Part shown: positions 50,291 through 61,494 of the stretch, one piece after another
How the letters are laid out: each line of letters opens with the position of its first letter
Position numbering within the stretch: position 1 is the first letter of the stretch
Assembly (NCBI RefSeq): GCF_030144855.1
Contig: NC_082722.1
Location: forward strand, 63,302,001-63,366,000
Direction: 5' to 3'
DNA length: 64,000 nt
From: Hypanus sabinus
Taxonomy: Eukaryota
The notes under the pieces: generated by a model
The model's database searches: none
Seen by the model: the letters and a program-made list of their open reading frames with translations, nothing else
What the model was told of the DNA's origin: nothing
Position numbers and translations under genes: made by a program

Positions 50291-52090
50291 CACTCCCACT
50301 TCCCATAAACTTGTTGAATCTTACTTGCACTGCCATTACGGCAAATAAATTCTTTCTTAAACAAGGAGACTAAAATTCTGTACTATACTTCAGGTGAGCC
50401 TTACCAAGCTCTGTATAACTAAAGGGAGAAATCTGTAAGGTCACGCTTACCTGTGAGTGTTACTGATCCAGTGTTAAATGACCAATGGAAGATATCAGTT
50501 CCATGGGGAGTCAATAAAAACAAATCAGGACAAATCCACTGAGAAAGGCTTTTTACTGACAGCTGCAAAGTGCTGGAATGGCAGATAATCTCAGGAGGAC
50601 CTTATGCTGTGGGCAGTCCAGATTACATACTTCAAAGTTGTCCCATGGCTTTAGACTTTACTTTGGAATAGGAGTGATATCAGAAATCCAGCCTTTTGTA
50701 GCATTTGCTCAAATAACCAGTGCACCTAAACTGGCATCATCCAGCATCCCAGCAACTTTCCCAGTTCCCCATTGCATGCATTACCTCCTTAGAATGGCAC
50801 TTGTGCATGGGTATAATAAGCAACTGAGCTTGTTATTGTGGAGTGAGAACCTGGAACTTGTCTATCCTCATATTGCACACTTTGCAGCAGGTAGCAATTA
50901 AACTTTGCATGCAAATAATACCATATTAAATTTCTCTGGTTAATTGCTTCCATCCTTCCTTCAAATGCTTAAATGTGTTTTCAACTATTATCTTTGCAAA
51001 AATTAACTTCATTAGGCATGGTATGAGTAGGTAAGGAAAATCGCTCTTTAATGTTTCTTTTCAAATTATCTTGCCATTGTTTTTGATTTAGTAATATCAC
51101 TCAGCACTGAACTTCTGCATCACATGCACTTCAGGTCCAGGCAGTTCAATCATTTTCTCATTCAAATTGATGAATAACAGCTTGACATACAGGCTTGAAA
51201 TCATCTATCTTATTTCTGTGGTACAAATTAATTACATTCTTCAGTCTTTGGAATGCTGATCTTGCGTGACTCATCAACTGCATCCACACAAACATGAAAA
51301 AGTGCCTGTTTCTCATATGTTTGAGAAACGGACTCTGCAACATGCTATCTGGTGACATTTACTCCATTTCGGAATCATCTGTTTCCAAATACTACATAGC
51401 TTGTGGACATTCCTTTTGAACCATTGCCGTTGAAGAAGTTCAGCAGCAGAGCTATACCCATAAGTGTGCCTGTCAGGGTGAGTAAGGGCCACTCCCTGAA
51501 AGACAAGTTTGATTGCCTTCACCTGCAGCTGACCCAGTACGTGATGAGGAACTGCTACTGCTTGTTCTTGCAGAAACATGGCTTCGGGACAACATCCCAT
51601 GCTTCAATCATCATGCTACTCAGGGACTTATGCTGATATTGTTTTGTCACTGTATGTGCCATCAGATTCAATTACTTCTTTTAAAAAAACATTGAATTGC
51701 AGGCTTTAATGCCTGAAATGGAAATGAGTGTTCCTCTTCTATTTCTCTACAAGCCAGGCCACTGATGTATTCCTGCATCATGTTAGTCTGGTATCGAAGG
51801 ATATGGTACTTTGGGGTATCTTTGGTGGATGTTGTAATCCTGCTAACCTCTAAATTTGAGCAATTGAGATGGGAAAGGTGCGAGAACTGTCAGATCCAAG
51901 GGTTTTTGGATTTAACACACGTACATACATAAAACATATGAATTAGGAGGTGGAACAGGCTCCAAAGCAACATCTAATAGAGGGTTGACCCCGACCATCA
52001 GAGGGTCTCATATGCAAAATGCTGGAGGAACTCAGCAGGTCATGCAGCATCTGTGGAAATAAATAAATAATTAATGTTTTGGCCTGAAAT

Positions 52091-52124
52091 CCTGATGAAA
52101 GGTCTTGGCCTGAAATGTCAACTG
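52091..52124 (+). ncRNA. Minimal type I hammerhead ribozyme motif in a Penelope-like terminal repeat (core kept, helix I 5' arm lost)
   Basis: CTGATGA-a-AGGT(cttg)GCCT-GAAA-tg-TC-aactg. Confidence 0.5.
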
Positions 52125-52137
52125 TTTGTATGTGTTA

Positions 52138-52500
52138 AACATAGAAAATAGGTGCAGGAGTAGGCCATTCGGCCCTTTGAGCCTGCACGGCGATTCAGTA
52201 TGATCATGGCTGATCATCCAACTCAGAACCCTGTATCTGCTTTCTCTCCATAGCCCCTGATCCCTTTAGCCACAAGGGCCATATCTAACTTCCTCTTAAA
52301 TATAGCCAATGAACTGGCCTCAACTGTTTCCTGTGGCAGAGAATTCCACAGATTCACCACTCTCTGTGTGAAGAAGTTTTTCCTCATCTCGGTCCTAAAA
52401 GGCTTCCCCTTTATCCTTAAACTGTGACCCCTCGTTCTGGACTTCCCCAACATCGGAAGCAATCTTCCTGCATCTAGCCTGTCCAATCCCTTTGGAATTT
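52138..52500 (-). mobile_element. Young CR1 LINE 3' end
   Basis: Intact frame DRLDAGRLLPMLGKSRTRGHSLRIKGKPFRTEMRKNFFTQRVVNLWNSLPQETVEASSLAIFKRKLD with a clean 3' UTR. Confidence 0.92.
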
Positions 52501-52599
52501 AATTGTTACATTAGCTTAATTAATTCAGCATGATATTGTGGGCGGAAAGGCCAGTACTTGTGTTGTACTGTTCTATGTTCTAAATCAAGGTGTCAAATC

Positions 52600-53160
52600 C
52601 AACAAAAAGCTCATGGTCTATCAGACATCACATCCTGGTGCTAATGTATGCTTCACGATGTGGACTATCTACACTAGGCACCTAACGCTGAGAAACAGTA
52701 ACAGTTACCCATCCCAGATGAAAATTCCAGCATTGAGGCTCCAATTATATTCAGCCAGCTCCGATGGCCAGACCGCATTATTTACAATGCCATATTATTA
52801 CTCATGGCCAGACTTCCAAAATTAGCATTCTGCTCTGAACTCCATTATAGTAAGAGGTTCCCGAAGAATAAAGGACATTTTCAAAGCCTTCCTGAAAACT
52901 GCTTAGCATTCTCACAGGCTTGCAAGAATCCCCAACCCATGAATGTTCAAAATGGAGGACAAGCTCCTGGGGTGTCCTTGGCAAGTGTCAGCGTCTTTGC
53001 TGAAAAAACACAGCAGCTCAGCATAAATAATGGAAGGAGCACACCAACCCGAGAGTATGGTTGACACCCAGTCAGCATCAACTACCTCAGGAACATCTGC
53101 AGAACACAGCTGGAAAGGAAGTAGATCACCCTTTCCCTGCAGAATTGACTAGGAAGGAAG
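52600..53160 (+). mobile_element. Degenerate RTE LINE fragment
   Basis: KLMVYQ...WTIYTRHL and RLPKLAFCSELHYSKR are typical of the RTE post-RT region. Confidence 0.6.
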
Positions 53161-53309
53161 AAGTGTAGAGAATGACATTTATCTTTTTAGAATATACTGA
53201 ATCACTACATAAATACATTCTGAGGTGTAAATTGTGTTATTATATAGACATGGCAGCCAATATGCACACAATAAGCTCCCACAAGCAGCAATTTTAGAAA
53301 TATTAGAAA

Positions 53310-53735
53310 TGCATCACCATTTGGTATGGGGGGGCTGCAGAAAGCTGTAAAATTTGTCGGCTCTATTATGGGCACTACCCTCCTCAGCATCCAGGATGTC
53401 TTCAAGGATCGATGTCTCAAAAAAGCAACATCCATTATTAAGGACCCCCATCACGTGGGACATGCCCTCTTCTCAGTCCTACCATCAGGGAGGAGGTACA
53501 GGAGGTACAGGCACACTCTTAATGATTCCAAGGAAAACTTCCCTTCTGCCATCAGAATTCTGAATGAACACATAAGCACAACCTCACTACTTTGTTTGCA
53601 CTACATATTTAAATTAATGTTGTAATATATGTTCATCTTACTGCAATTCACAGGTTTTATTATTATGTATTGCAATGTACTGCTGCTGCAGAACAACAAA
53701 TTTCATTCTATATGCCGCTGATATTAAACCTGACG
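53310..53735 (+). mobile_element. Rex1/Babar-type LINE 3' end
   Basis: LQKAVKFVGSIMGTTLLSIQDVFKDRCLKKATSIIKDPHHVGHALFSVLPSGRRYR...FPSAIRILN. Confidence 0.8.
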
Positions 53736-54879
53736 CTGTTTCCGAAGTAAAAGCTGAGAAGACTGGCAGTGTTGAGCTGGAGAGGCAGAACCGGTGGGCA
53801 AAGGGAGCCAACATTTGAAGATGATGATAGTTCATGAAAATGAGCAAAAGATAGCAATGAGATGCAGAGGGAGAATGGGGAAAGGGAGTGAAGAACAAGA
53901 GGGAAGGTGGGATTCATCTGATTAATTAACAAATGGGAATGATGACATAATGGAAAAGAGACTGGCATAACCAAAAAGTAGGTCTACAGGAATCAGAAGT
54001 GGGACAAACAGAAGCAGTGGGCCAGATTGACTTTGAATTTGAGTACAGTACACCACTTATAGAGCTACAATTAACCTTTTGACAGTTTGTGCCATCAAAG
54101 GCCTTTTATTATTGCTCCTAAATGACCCCATGATAAGAGACAGCTAAAGGAATTAAAATGGATTAAAATAACCTCAAAAAATGAAATAATAAAAATAAAT
54201 GTGATTTGGTGTAAAATCATTGTAAACATTTATATAGATTAAAATTTTAAAAAAACAGTCTACTTTCCTTCATTTAATCTTTTCCATGAAGATTGAAAGA
54301 ATAGGGCAAAATTCGATGAGAGCCGTCAGCGTCTTATGTGTGAGGGACACAGGGGCATCATCCATACCAGGCCTGCCTGCTTCATACAATGAGGAACATG
54401 CCCTGAACTGTGTGGTGAATAGAAAGGTGAAATGCTGAAAAAAAGCACTGTATGCTTTTTCTATCTGAAATGATCAAAGCAGTAAGTATTTGGCGATGTT
54501 CATCATCTGAAGTTGTTGAATTCAGCTTTGAGATTGGGAGGCTGCATTGCGCTGAGCTGGAGGCTGTTTCTCAAGATTATGTTGAACTTACTTGAAGCAG
54601 TGCAAAAGGCCAAGGACAAAAAAAAAGCAAATTGGCATGGGACTGATAATTAAAGAGAGTTCAACATTTAGGAATGTTTAAGTAATGTTGACTTGAGAAA
54701 TAAATATTAACCACATGCTAATATCCTCTATATTTTATGTGTAGATTCAGGAGAAATTGTCAGGATTATTGGCACTACTGAAGATTTATTTTCTGAAGTC
54801 AGCCTTAGACTTTTATATTTATACTTGTGTGGGTTGTGGATAATGCTGCCAAGACCAGCATTAATTGCCCATTGCTAAC

Positions 54880-55440
54880 AACCTGGTCACCCCACTACAG
54901 GAAGGATGTGGGAGCTTTGGAAGGAGTACAAAAGAGGTGTGCCAGGTTGCTGCCTGGATTAGAGGGTATGAGGTATAAGGAAAGGTTGGACAAACGTGTT
55001 TTTTCTCTGGAGTATCAGAATCTGAGTGGAGACCGAATAGAAGTTTATAAAATCATGAGTAGCATAGATAGGGTAGACAGTCAGAATCTATTCCCCAGGG
55101 TCGAAATGTCAAATACTTTTAAGATAAGGGGAAAAGATTAAGAGCAACATGCACAAAATACTGCAGATCAAGTAGCATCCATGGTAGAGAATGAATGGTC
55201 AACGTTTCAAGCCAAGACCCTTCATCAGAATGTTGACTTTTTATTCCCCTTTCTGGATGTGGCCTGACTTGCTGAATTACTCCAACATTTTCTGCTCAAG
55301 ATTTCTAGCAACTACAGAATCTCTGGTGTCAAAAGTTTAAAGGAGATGTGTTGGACAAGTTTTTAATACAGGGAGTGGTAGGCTATCAGGGACAGTGGCA
55401 GAAGCACATACAATAACAGAGTTTAAGAAGTTTTTGATTG
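54880..55440 (+). mobile_element. CR1 LINE 3' fragment interrupted by a Penelope-like insert
   Basis: WSPHYRKDVGALEGVQKRCARLLPGLEGMRYKERLD...EVYKIM. Resumes at 55331. Confidence 0.85.
55145..55330. mobile_element. Inverted pair of Penelope-like terminal repeats with a hammerhead motif (55195-55228, minus strand)
   Basis: Reverse complement reads CTGATGA-a-GGGT(cttg)GCTT-GAAA-CG-TT-gacca. Flanked by AAAAGATTAA (55132-55141) and AAAAGTTTAA (55331-55340). Confidence 0.65.
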
Positions 55441-56084
55441 GATGCCTGAATTTTTTGCTTTTAATTAGGTCCTTTCGGGTTTCTTGCTTTGTAGCTACCT
55501 GTGAGCAAGCAAATCTCGAGGCTGTATAATTTATACATTCGTTGATAATAAATTAATCTTGCATCTTGAATCTCCTGGGTTTGCAGCAAATTGAGGGATG
55601 CAAATCACAAGCATGCAAGAAATATATAGTTTAATTTAGAATAGCTGTTTGGCACAGACGTCGTGGACTAGAGAGCCTCTTCTTTGCTGTTCTATGTACA
55701 TCTGTGTATGTGTATTATCTCAGAGAGGCTGGCTTTAAGGCTGTTTTGGAGGAATCCCAAATCATTCAAAAATGTCATAGAGTCTTGGACCCTTTGAGTC
55801 ATACAGTGCAGAAACAGACCCTTCTGCCCAACTCACCCATGCTGACCAAGTTGCCCTCCTGTGCTAGTCCTACTTGTTTGCATTTGGGCCATATCACTTT
55901 AAATCTTTCTTTGTACTGTACACAGAAATTTAAATCTTACATATTTTGGAGATGTGAAATGGACACATATTATTAAAGCTTTGAATAAACTGAATGACTA
56001 AGGGGCGGTACTAACAGTGAGTCATGTCTCTTGAGGAATTAAATATGACCCAAGTGGGCATAGCTTTAAGATGGGATAACATCA

Positions 56085-56525
56085 TAAGACTATAAGACAT
56101 AGAAGCAGTATTAGGCCATTTGGCTCATTGAGTCTGCTCTGCCGTTTCATCATGGTTGATCCATTTTTCCTCTCAGCCCCAATCTCCTACTTTCTCCTTA
56201 TATCCCTTAATGCCCCGACCAATCAAGAATCTATCAACCTCCCCCTTAAATATACATACAGGTTTTGCCTCCAGAGCTAAGTGTGGCAACAAATTCCACA
56301 GATTCACCACACTTTGGCTGAAGAAATTCCACCTCATCTTCGTTCTAAAAGGGCGCCCCTTTATTCTGAGGCTGCGTCCTCTGGACTAGACTCTCCCACC
56401 ACAGGAAATATCCTCTCCATATCCACTCTATCGAGGTCTTCCACCATTCGATTGGTTTCAATGAGGTCACCCCTCATTCTTCTGACTTCTAGTGAATACA
56501 GGCCCACAGCTGTCAAAAGCTCTTC
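56085..56525 (-). mobile_element. CR1 LINE 3' fragment
   Basis: Same family as 27500-28060 and 45655-46330 (TTCCACAGATTCACCAC..TGGCTGAAGAAATTCC). Confidence 0.85.
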
Positions 56526-57414
56526 CTGTAGAGTTTATTTCTGTAATCAACTATATGATGTAGCAATCTGCATAAAACTAATTCATTAGATTTACTGGAA
56601 TAATGGACATTGATTATTTGTCAGATATTGCTAACTTTTTTCACATTACCTGGCAAAGTAGAAGTAATTTATTATCATTTAGCATCAGTAGATCAATCTT
56701 ATTGGACTGCTGTAATGCACAATGTTGGTGACACTTCGGAAGGTTTTATTATTCCAGATGATGTATTCTAAAAGAATGCAGCTTTAATAAACTGATTTAA
56801 AAATTAATGTAGGTAGACATTGTAGTAGAGGTAATTGAATCAGTGAATGAATTGAAAAGTGACCTTTACTCTACAAGTGTGAAACAATTAATATTATTTC
56901 CCAATCCTTGGCATATAGTTTTGTTTTCTCAACCCTACTGTATACTGCTTAAAATAGTTGAATATTGAGTAAGTAAAATAACATTGCTTGTCCTTGCTTC
57001 AAAATTGAATTCTTGTCTGGTACCCCACACTTTTCCTTTGAAATTCATTGAGTGATTTGTTATATACCTGAACATCTCTTGGCAATCATCAGTTTTTCAG
57101 TTTTTACAATATGTCACTTCTAGTCATGCAGGATTGTACTTTTAAATAAAATGATTTGGTCTTTTGGGTTAGAACCACATTTCATGATTATAGGAATAGT
57201 TGGGGCAGTGGAAATAATGAGGTTTCCAGCACAGACAATCACCAAATGGCCATCTGTAAGATTCGGTAATGTTGATAAAAACATAAGACTGTACATGTGG
57301 AATCTGGAGCAACAGATGCTGAATGCACATAATGGTTCAGATAGTATCTGTGGAGGGAAATGGACAGTTAATGTTTTGGGTCAAGACTTTCCATCTGGAG
57401 GTCTGCTGTCCATT

Positions 57415-57735
57415 TGGACTTTTTCAACATTGGGAGAGTCTAGGACCAGAGGGCACAGGCTCAGAATGGATGAACCTTTAGAACAGAGATGAGAGGGAAT
57501 TTCTTTAACCGGTGTGTGGAGAATCTGTGGAATTCATTGCCACAGACAGCTAGGGTGGTCAAGTCATTGGGTGTATTTAAAGTGGGTGTTGATAGATTCT
57601 TGAATAGTAAAGGACATCAAAGGTTACAGGGAAAAGGCAGGAGAATGGGGTTGAGAGTGTAAATAGATCAGCCATAATTCAATAGTGGAGCAGATATAAT
57701 GGGCTGAACAACCTAATTCTGCACCTATGTCTGAT
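57415..57735 (+). mobile_element. CR1 LINE 3' end
   Basis: GESRTRGHRLR...GAATCTGTGGAATTCATTGCCACAG, with tail GGGCTGAACAACCTAATTCTGCACCTATGTCT. Confidence 0.85.
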
Positions 57736-59925
57736 ATGACAAGCCATTCAATCCTGGAATCATTCTCCATTGAACAGTCTCCAGTTTCAGCACATCCTTT
57801 CTAAGATAAGCAGCACAAAACTACTCACAATACTCCAAGTGAGGCCTCACCAGTGCTTTTAAAGTCTCAACATTACATACATGTTTTTATATTCCAGTCC
57901 TCTAGACATGAATGCTAACATCACATTGGGCTTCCTCACTACAGACTCAACCTGCAAGTTAACCTTCAGGGAACCCTGCACAAGTACTCCCAAGTCCCTT
58001 TGTACCTCAGTCTTTTTGTATGTTCTCTCCATTTAGAAAATAGTCATTTCTATTATTTCTTCTACCAAAGTGCATGACCATACATTTCCCAACACTGTAT
58101 TTCATCTGCCATTTCTTTTCCCACTCTCCTAATCTGTCCAGCTCCTTCTGTAGCCTCTCTACTTCCTCAAAACTACCTGCCCCTCCACCTCTCTTCATCT
58201 GCAAACATTGTAACAAAGCCATCAATTCCATCATCCAATCATTAACATACAATGTAAAAAGATTCAGTTCCAACACAGACCCCTGTAGAACACCTCTAGT
58301 CACTGGTGGCCAACCAGAAAAGGCTCCCTTTATTCCCACTCTTTTCCCTCTGCCAATCTGTTACTGCTTTATCCATGCTAAAGTATTTCTTGTAATACCA
58401 TGGGGTCATAGTTTGTTAGGCAGTCTCATGTATGACACTTTGTCAAAGGCCTACTGGAAATCCAAATACACAACAGCAACTAATTCTCTTTTGTCTGTCC
58501 TGCTTGCTATTTCTTCAAATAATTCCAACAGATTTGTTGGGCAAGATTTTCCCTTGTGGAAACCATGCTGACTATGGCCTACTTTAATCATGTGCCTCCA
58601 ATTGCCCCAAAACCACATCCTTAACAATCGACTCAACATCTTCCCAACCACTGAGTTCAGGCTAATTGGCCTATAATTTCCTTTCTTCTGCCTCACTCCC
58701 TTCTTGAAGAGAGGAGTGACATTTGCAATTTACCAGTATTCCCAATCCATTCCAGAGTCTGGTAATTATTGAAAGATCATTACTAGTGCCTCCACTATCT
58801 CTTCAGCCACCTCTTTTAGAACCCTGGGATGTACACTATCTAGTCCAGGTGACTTAGCTACCTTCAGACCTTTATGTTTCCCCAGAATCTTCTCTATAGT
58901 AATGGTAACTTCACAAACTTCATGATCCCTGACAGCTGAAACTTCCACCATACTGTTAGTGTCTTCCACAGTGATGACTGATGCAAAATACTTATTCAAT
59001 TCATCTACTATTTCCTTGTCCACATTACTACCTCTCCAGTGTCATTTTCCAGTGCTCTGTTATCGACTTGCACCTCACTTTAACACTTCATATATCTGAT
59101 GAAACTTTTGGTATCCTTTTTAATATTATTGGCTAGCTTACTTTTGTTTTCTATCTTTACCTTCTTAATTACTTATTTAGTTGCCTTCTGCTGGTAGTTG
59201 AAAGCTTCCCAATCCTATAAATTCCCACTAATTTTTGCTCTATTATATGCCCTCTTTTTGGCTTCTAAGTTAGCTTTGACCTCTCTTGTTAGCCATGGTT
59301 GTGTCATCTTGCCTTTTGAATACTTCCTCTCTGGGATGTATATATCCTGTGCCTTCCTAAATGTTGCCTGAAATTTCGGCCATTGCTGCTCTGCCATCAT
59401 CCCTGTCAGTGTTCTTTTCTAATTAATTTTGGCCATCGCCTCTCTCATGCCCTTTATTCCACTGCAATACTGATATATCTGATTTTAGCTACACCTCAAA
59501 TTTCAGCGCGAATTCAATCATATGATAACCACTTGCCCCTAAGGTTCTTTTACCTTAAGCTCTCTGATCAATTTTGCGTCATTGGACAACAATCTAAAAT
59601 AGCTGATCCCCTAGTGGACTCAACTACAAACTGTTCTGAAAAGCCATTTCGTAGGCATTCTAGAAATCCTCCCCTCTTGGAATCCAGCACCAATTGGAAT
59701 TTCCTAATCTACCCACATATTGAAATCCCTCATGAAAATTCTAACATTGCATTTTTGGCAAACATTTTCTATCTCCTGTTGTAATTTGAATTTGTAGACC
59801 ACATCCTTACTACTGCCTGGAGGGTTCTGTATACAACTCCCACCAGGTCTTCTTACCCTTGCAGTTCCTTAGCTCTATCCACAATGATTCAGCACCTTCC
59901 AATTCTATGTCACCTCTTTCTAATG
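57735..59925 (-). mobile_element. CR1 LINE ORF2 remnant (endonuclease to RT)
   Basis: ESLWIELRNCKGKKT, QPWLTREVKANL, KSPGLDSVHPRVLKEVAEEIVEALVMIFQ, GNYRPISL, QHGFHKGKSCPTNLLELFEE..VVYLDFQ, GVLQGSVL. Confidence 0.93.
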
Positions 59926-59927
59926 AT

Positions 59928-60290
59928 ACGTTGAGAGGAGATTTGATAGAGGGAGACAAAATTATGAGGGGTAAATGCAAGCAGGCTTTTTCCACTGAGG
60001 TTGGGCAGAACTACAGCCAGAGGTCATGGATTAAAGGTAAAAGGTTAAATATTTTTGGGGAACACAAGGAGAAACTTCATCTCTGAGTATAATTAGCTGC
60101 CAGCACAAATTGTGTATGGAAGCTCAACTTGAATATTTAAGAGAAGTCTGGACAGGTACATGGATGGTACAGGTATAGGGGTCTATGGTTCAGGTGCAGG
60201 TCGATGGGAGTAGGTAACTTAAATCGGTTGGTACAGACTAGATGGGCTGAAGGGTCTGTTTCTGCGTTGTAATTTTCTGTGATTCTATGA
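59928..60290 (+). mobile_element. CR1 LINE 3' fragment
   Basis: LRGDLIEGDKIMRG, with tail GATGGGCTGAAGGGTCTGTTTCTGCG..TCTGTGATTCTATGA. Confidence 0.8.
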
Positions 60291-60499
60291 CTTCAGGATT
60301 CGAGAGAGATTTAATAGGGACCTGTGGTAGCTTTTTCACCCAGGTTGACAGGTATATTAAATTCATTTGTCTAGGTACATTAATAGGATGATTTAGGGGG
60401 TTATTGGCCAAACATAGGCAAGTGGAACTGGCTCGGATTGTCAAATTGGCTGGCATGAACCAGTGGGGCCGAAGGGCCAGCTGCATGTCTCTATGATTG

Positions 60500-61150
60500 A
60501 CCCAGCTCTTCTCACGAACTTGCAGTGGCTTTTAAAGCTAGACTTGGAGAGAGGTTTCCGTTCTACGATACAGTATTGTTGTGTGCAACTCACAGTGAAA
60601 TTAACGACTGCATTGTTACGGGATTGTAACGGCTTAATAAATGTGGTATATAAATAGGTGAGGGAGTTCGGCGTTTGGAGGCTGCAGCTGGGATTGTACT
60701 CGGGGGATACGCACCGTGTCGGGTTCAGCAAGTCTTACAGCGTGGAGGCGGGGCCGGGGCCCGGTATGGAGTCGAGGGTACAACCGGGGTGCGCTTTCTG
60801 CTTCCGATAACTCTGCGTATCGGCCGTTCCTGTCCCCGTTCCGTAGCGCGCAGCCGCCCGAGTGCGCTCTGTGACAGTGGCCAGACCCATGGAGCCTGCA
60901 ATCAAGTTAAAACCTGGTATGGGGCCGCTGTACTTCCGAGCTCTATCTGACACAAACGCTTGAAAAGCCTTATCGTTTCGTATCGCGCGAGCTCCCTCCC
61001 CATTTCGGAACCTGTCCATTCAAGTGGCCCTGTGTTATTAATCTGTGAGTTTAATTTCCAGCCACCCCCCGGCCTTCATTGCAGGGGAGAACTCAAACCA
61101 GCGGGGTTGACCCTGACATCTCCTCGGCTTTAGACGCAATGCACCGGGAT
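60500..61150 (+). promoter_or_regulatory. CpG-island promoter (probable MTHFSD promoter)
   Basis: Abrupt CpG enrichment in an otherwise CpG-depleted region. GC boxes GGAGGCGGGGCCGGGGC (~60744-60761) and ETS-like CTTCCG (60801 and ~60933). Confidence 0.8.
60889..60916 (+). CDS. MTHFSD: Probable first coding exon of methenyltetrahydrofolate synthetase domain-containing protein (MEPAIKLKP + 1 nt)
   Basis: Kozak-like gacccATGG, 28 coding nt, then donor CTG|GTATGG. Lies in a CpG island and is divergent from FOXC2, as MTHFSD is in human. Vertebrate MTHFSD proteins begin MEP (recalled). Downstream exons were not found in the window. Confidence 0.68.
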
Positions 61151-61494
61151 GGGAGGGGGACTGGAAATTTTCAGTTAGATCCCCTGGTGACTTTAACTTG
61201 TTATTGTGGATCCAAATTAAATCTGGAGAGTTCACATATGTGTACCCAACTTTGTAATTGTTGGGCTCTTGTGTGTTATCTTGTGACTCGTAACTCGGCA
61301 GCAGGGCAAATGAATGGTTGCTCATTTCAACATTCAAATAGTTACTGAAGCTACAAATGCACTACAACAAAGTTGCAGCAATTTTAATAGAGGCCTTTTA
61401 ATCTTAAACTAAAGTTAACCCAAACGCAAGACGTTCTGCAGATGCTGGAAATCTAGAGTAACACACACAATATGCTGGGGGAACCTGTGAGTTA

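Noticed and set aside
57415-57760. Tail-to-tail CR1 junction as twin priming
   Set aside because: The tail lies at the internal junction rather than at the outer edge, and no TSD was found. Independent insertion or later rearrangement is more likely.
22400-60500. FOXF1 or other host exons in the FOXC2-MTHFSD interval
   Set aside because: No third forkhead domain was seen. Every recognisable ORF here is transposon-derived.
60675-61019. ORFs of 91-94 aa across the CpG island
   Set aside because: Expected from high GC content, with no homology. The short spliced exon explains the island better.
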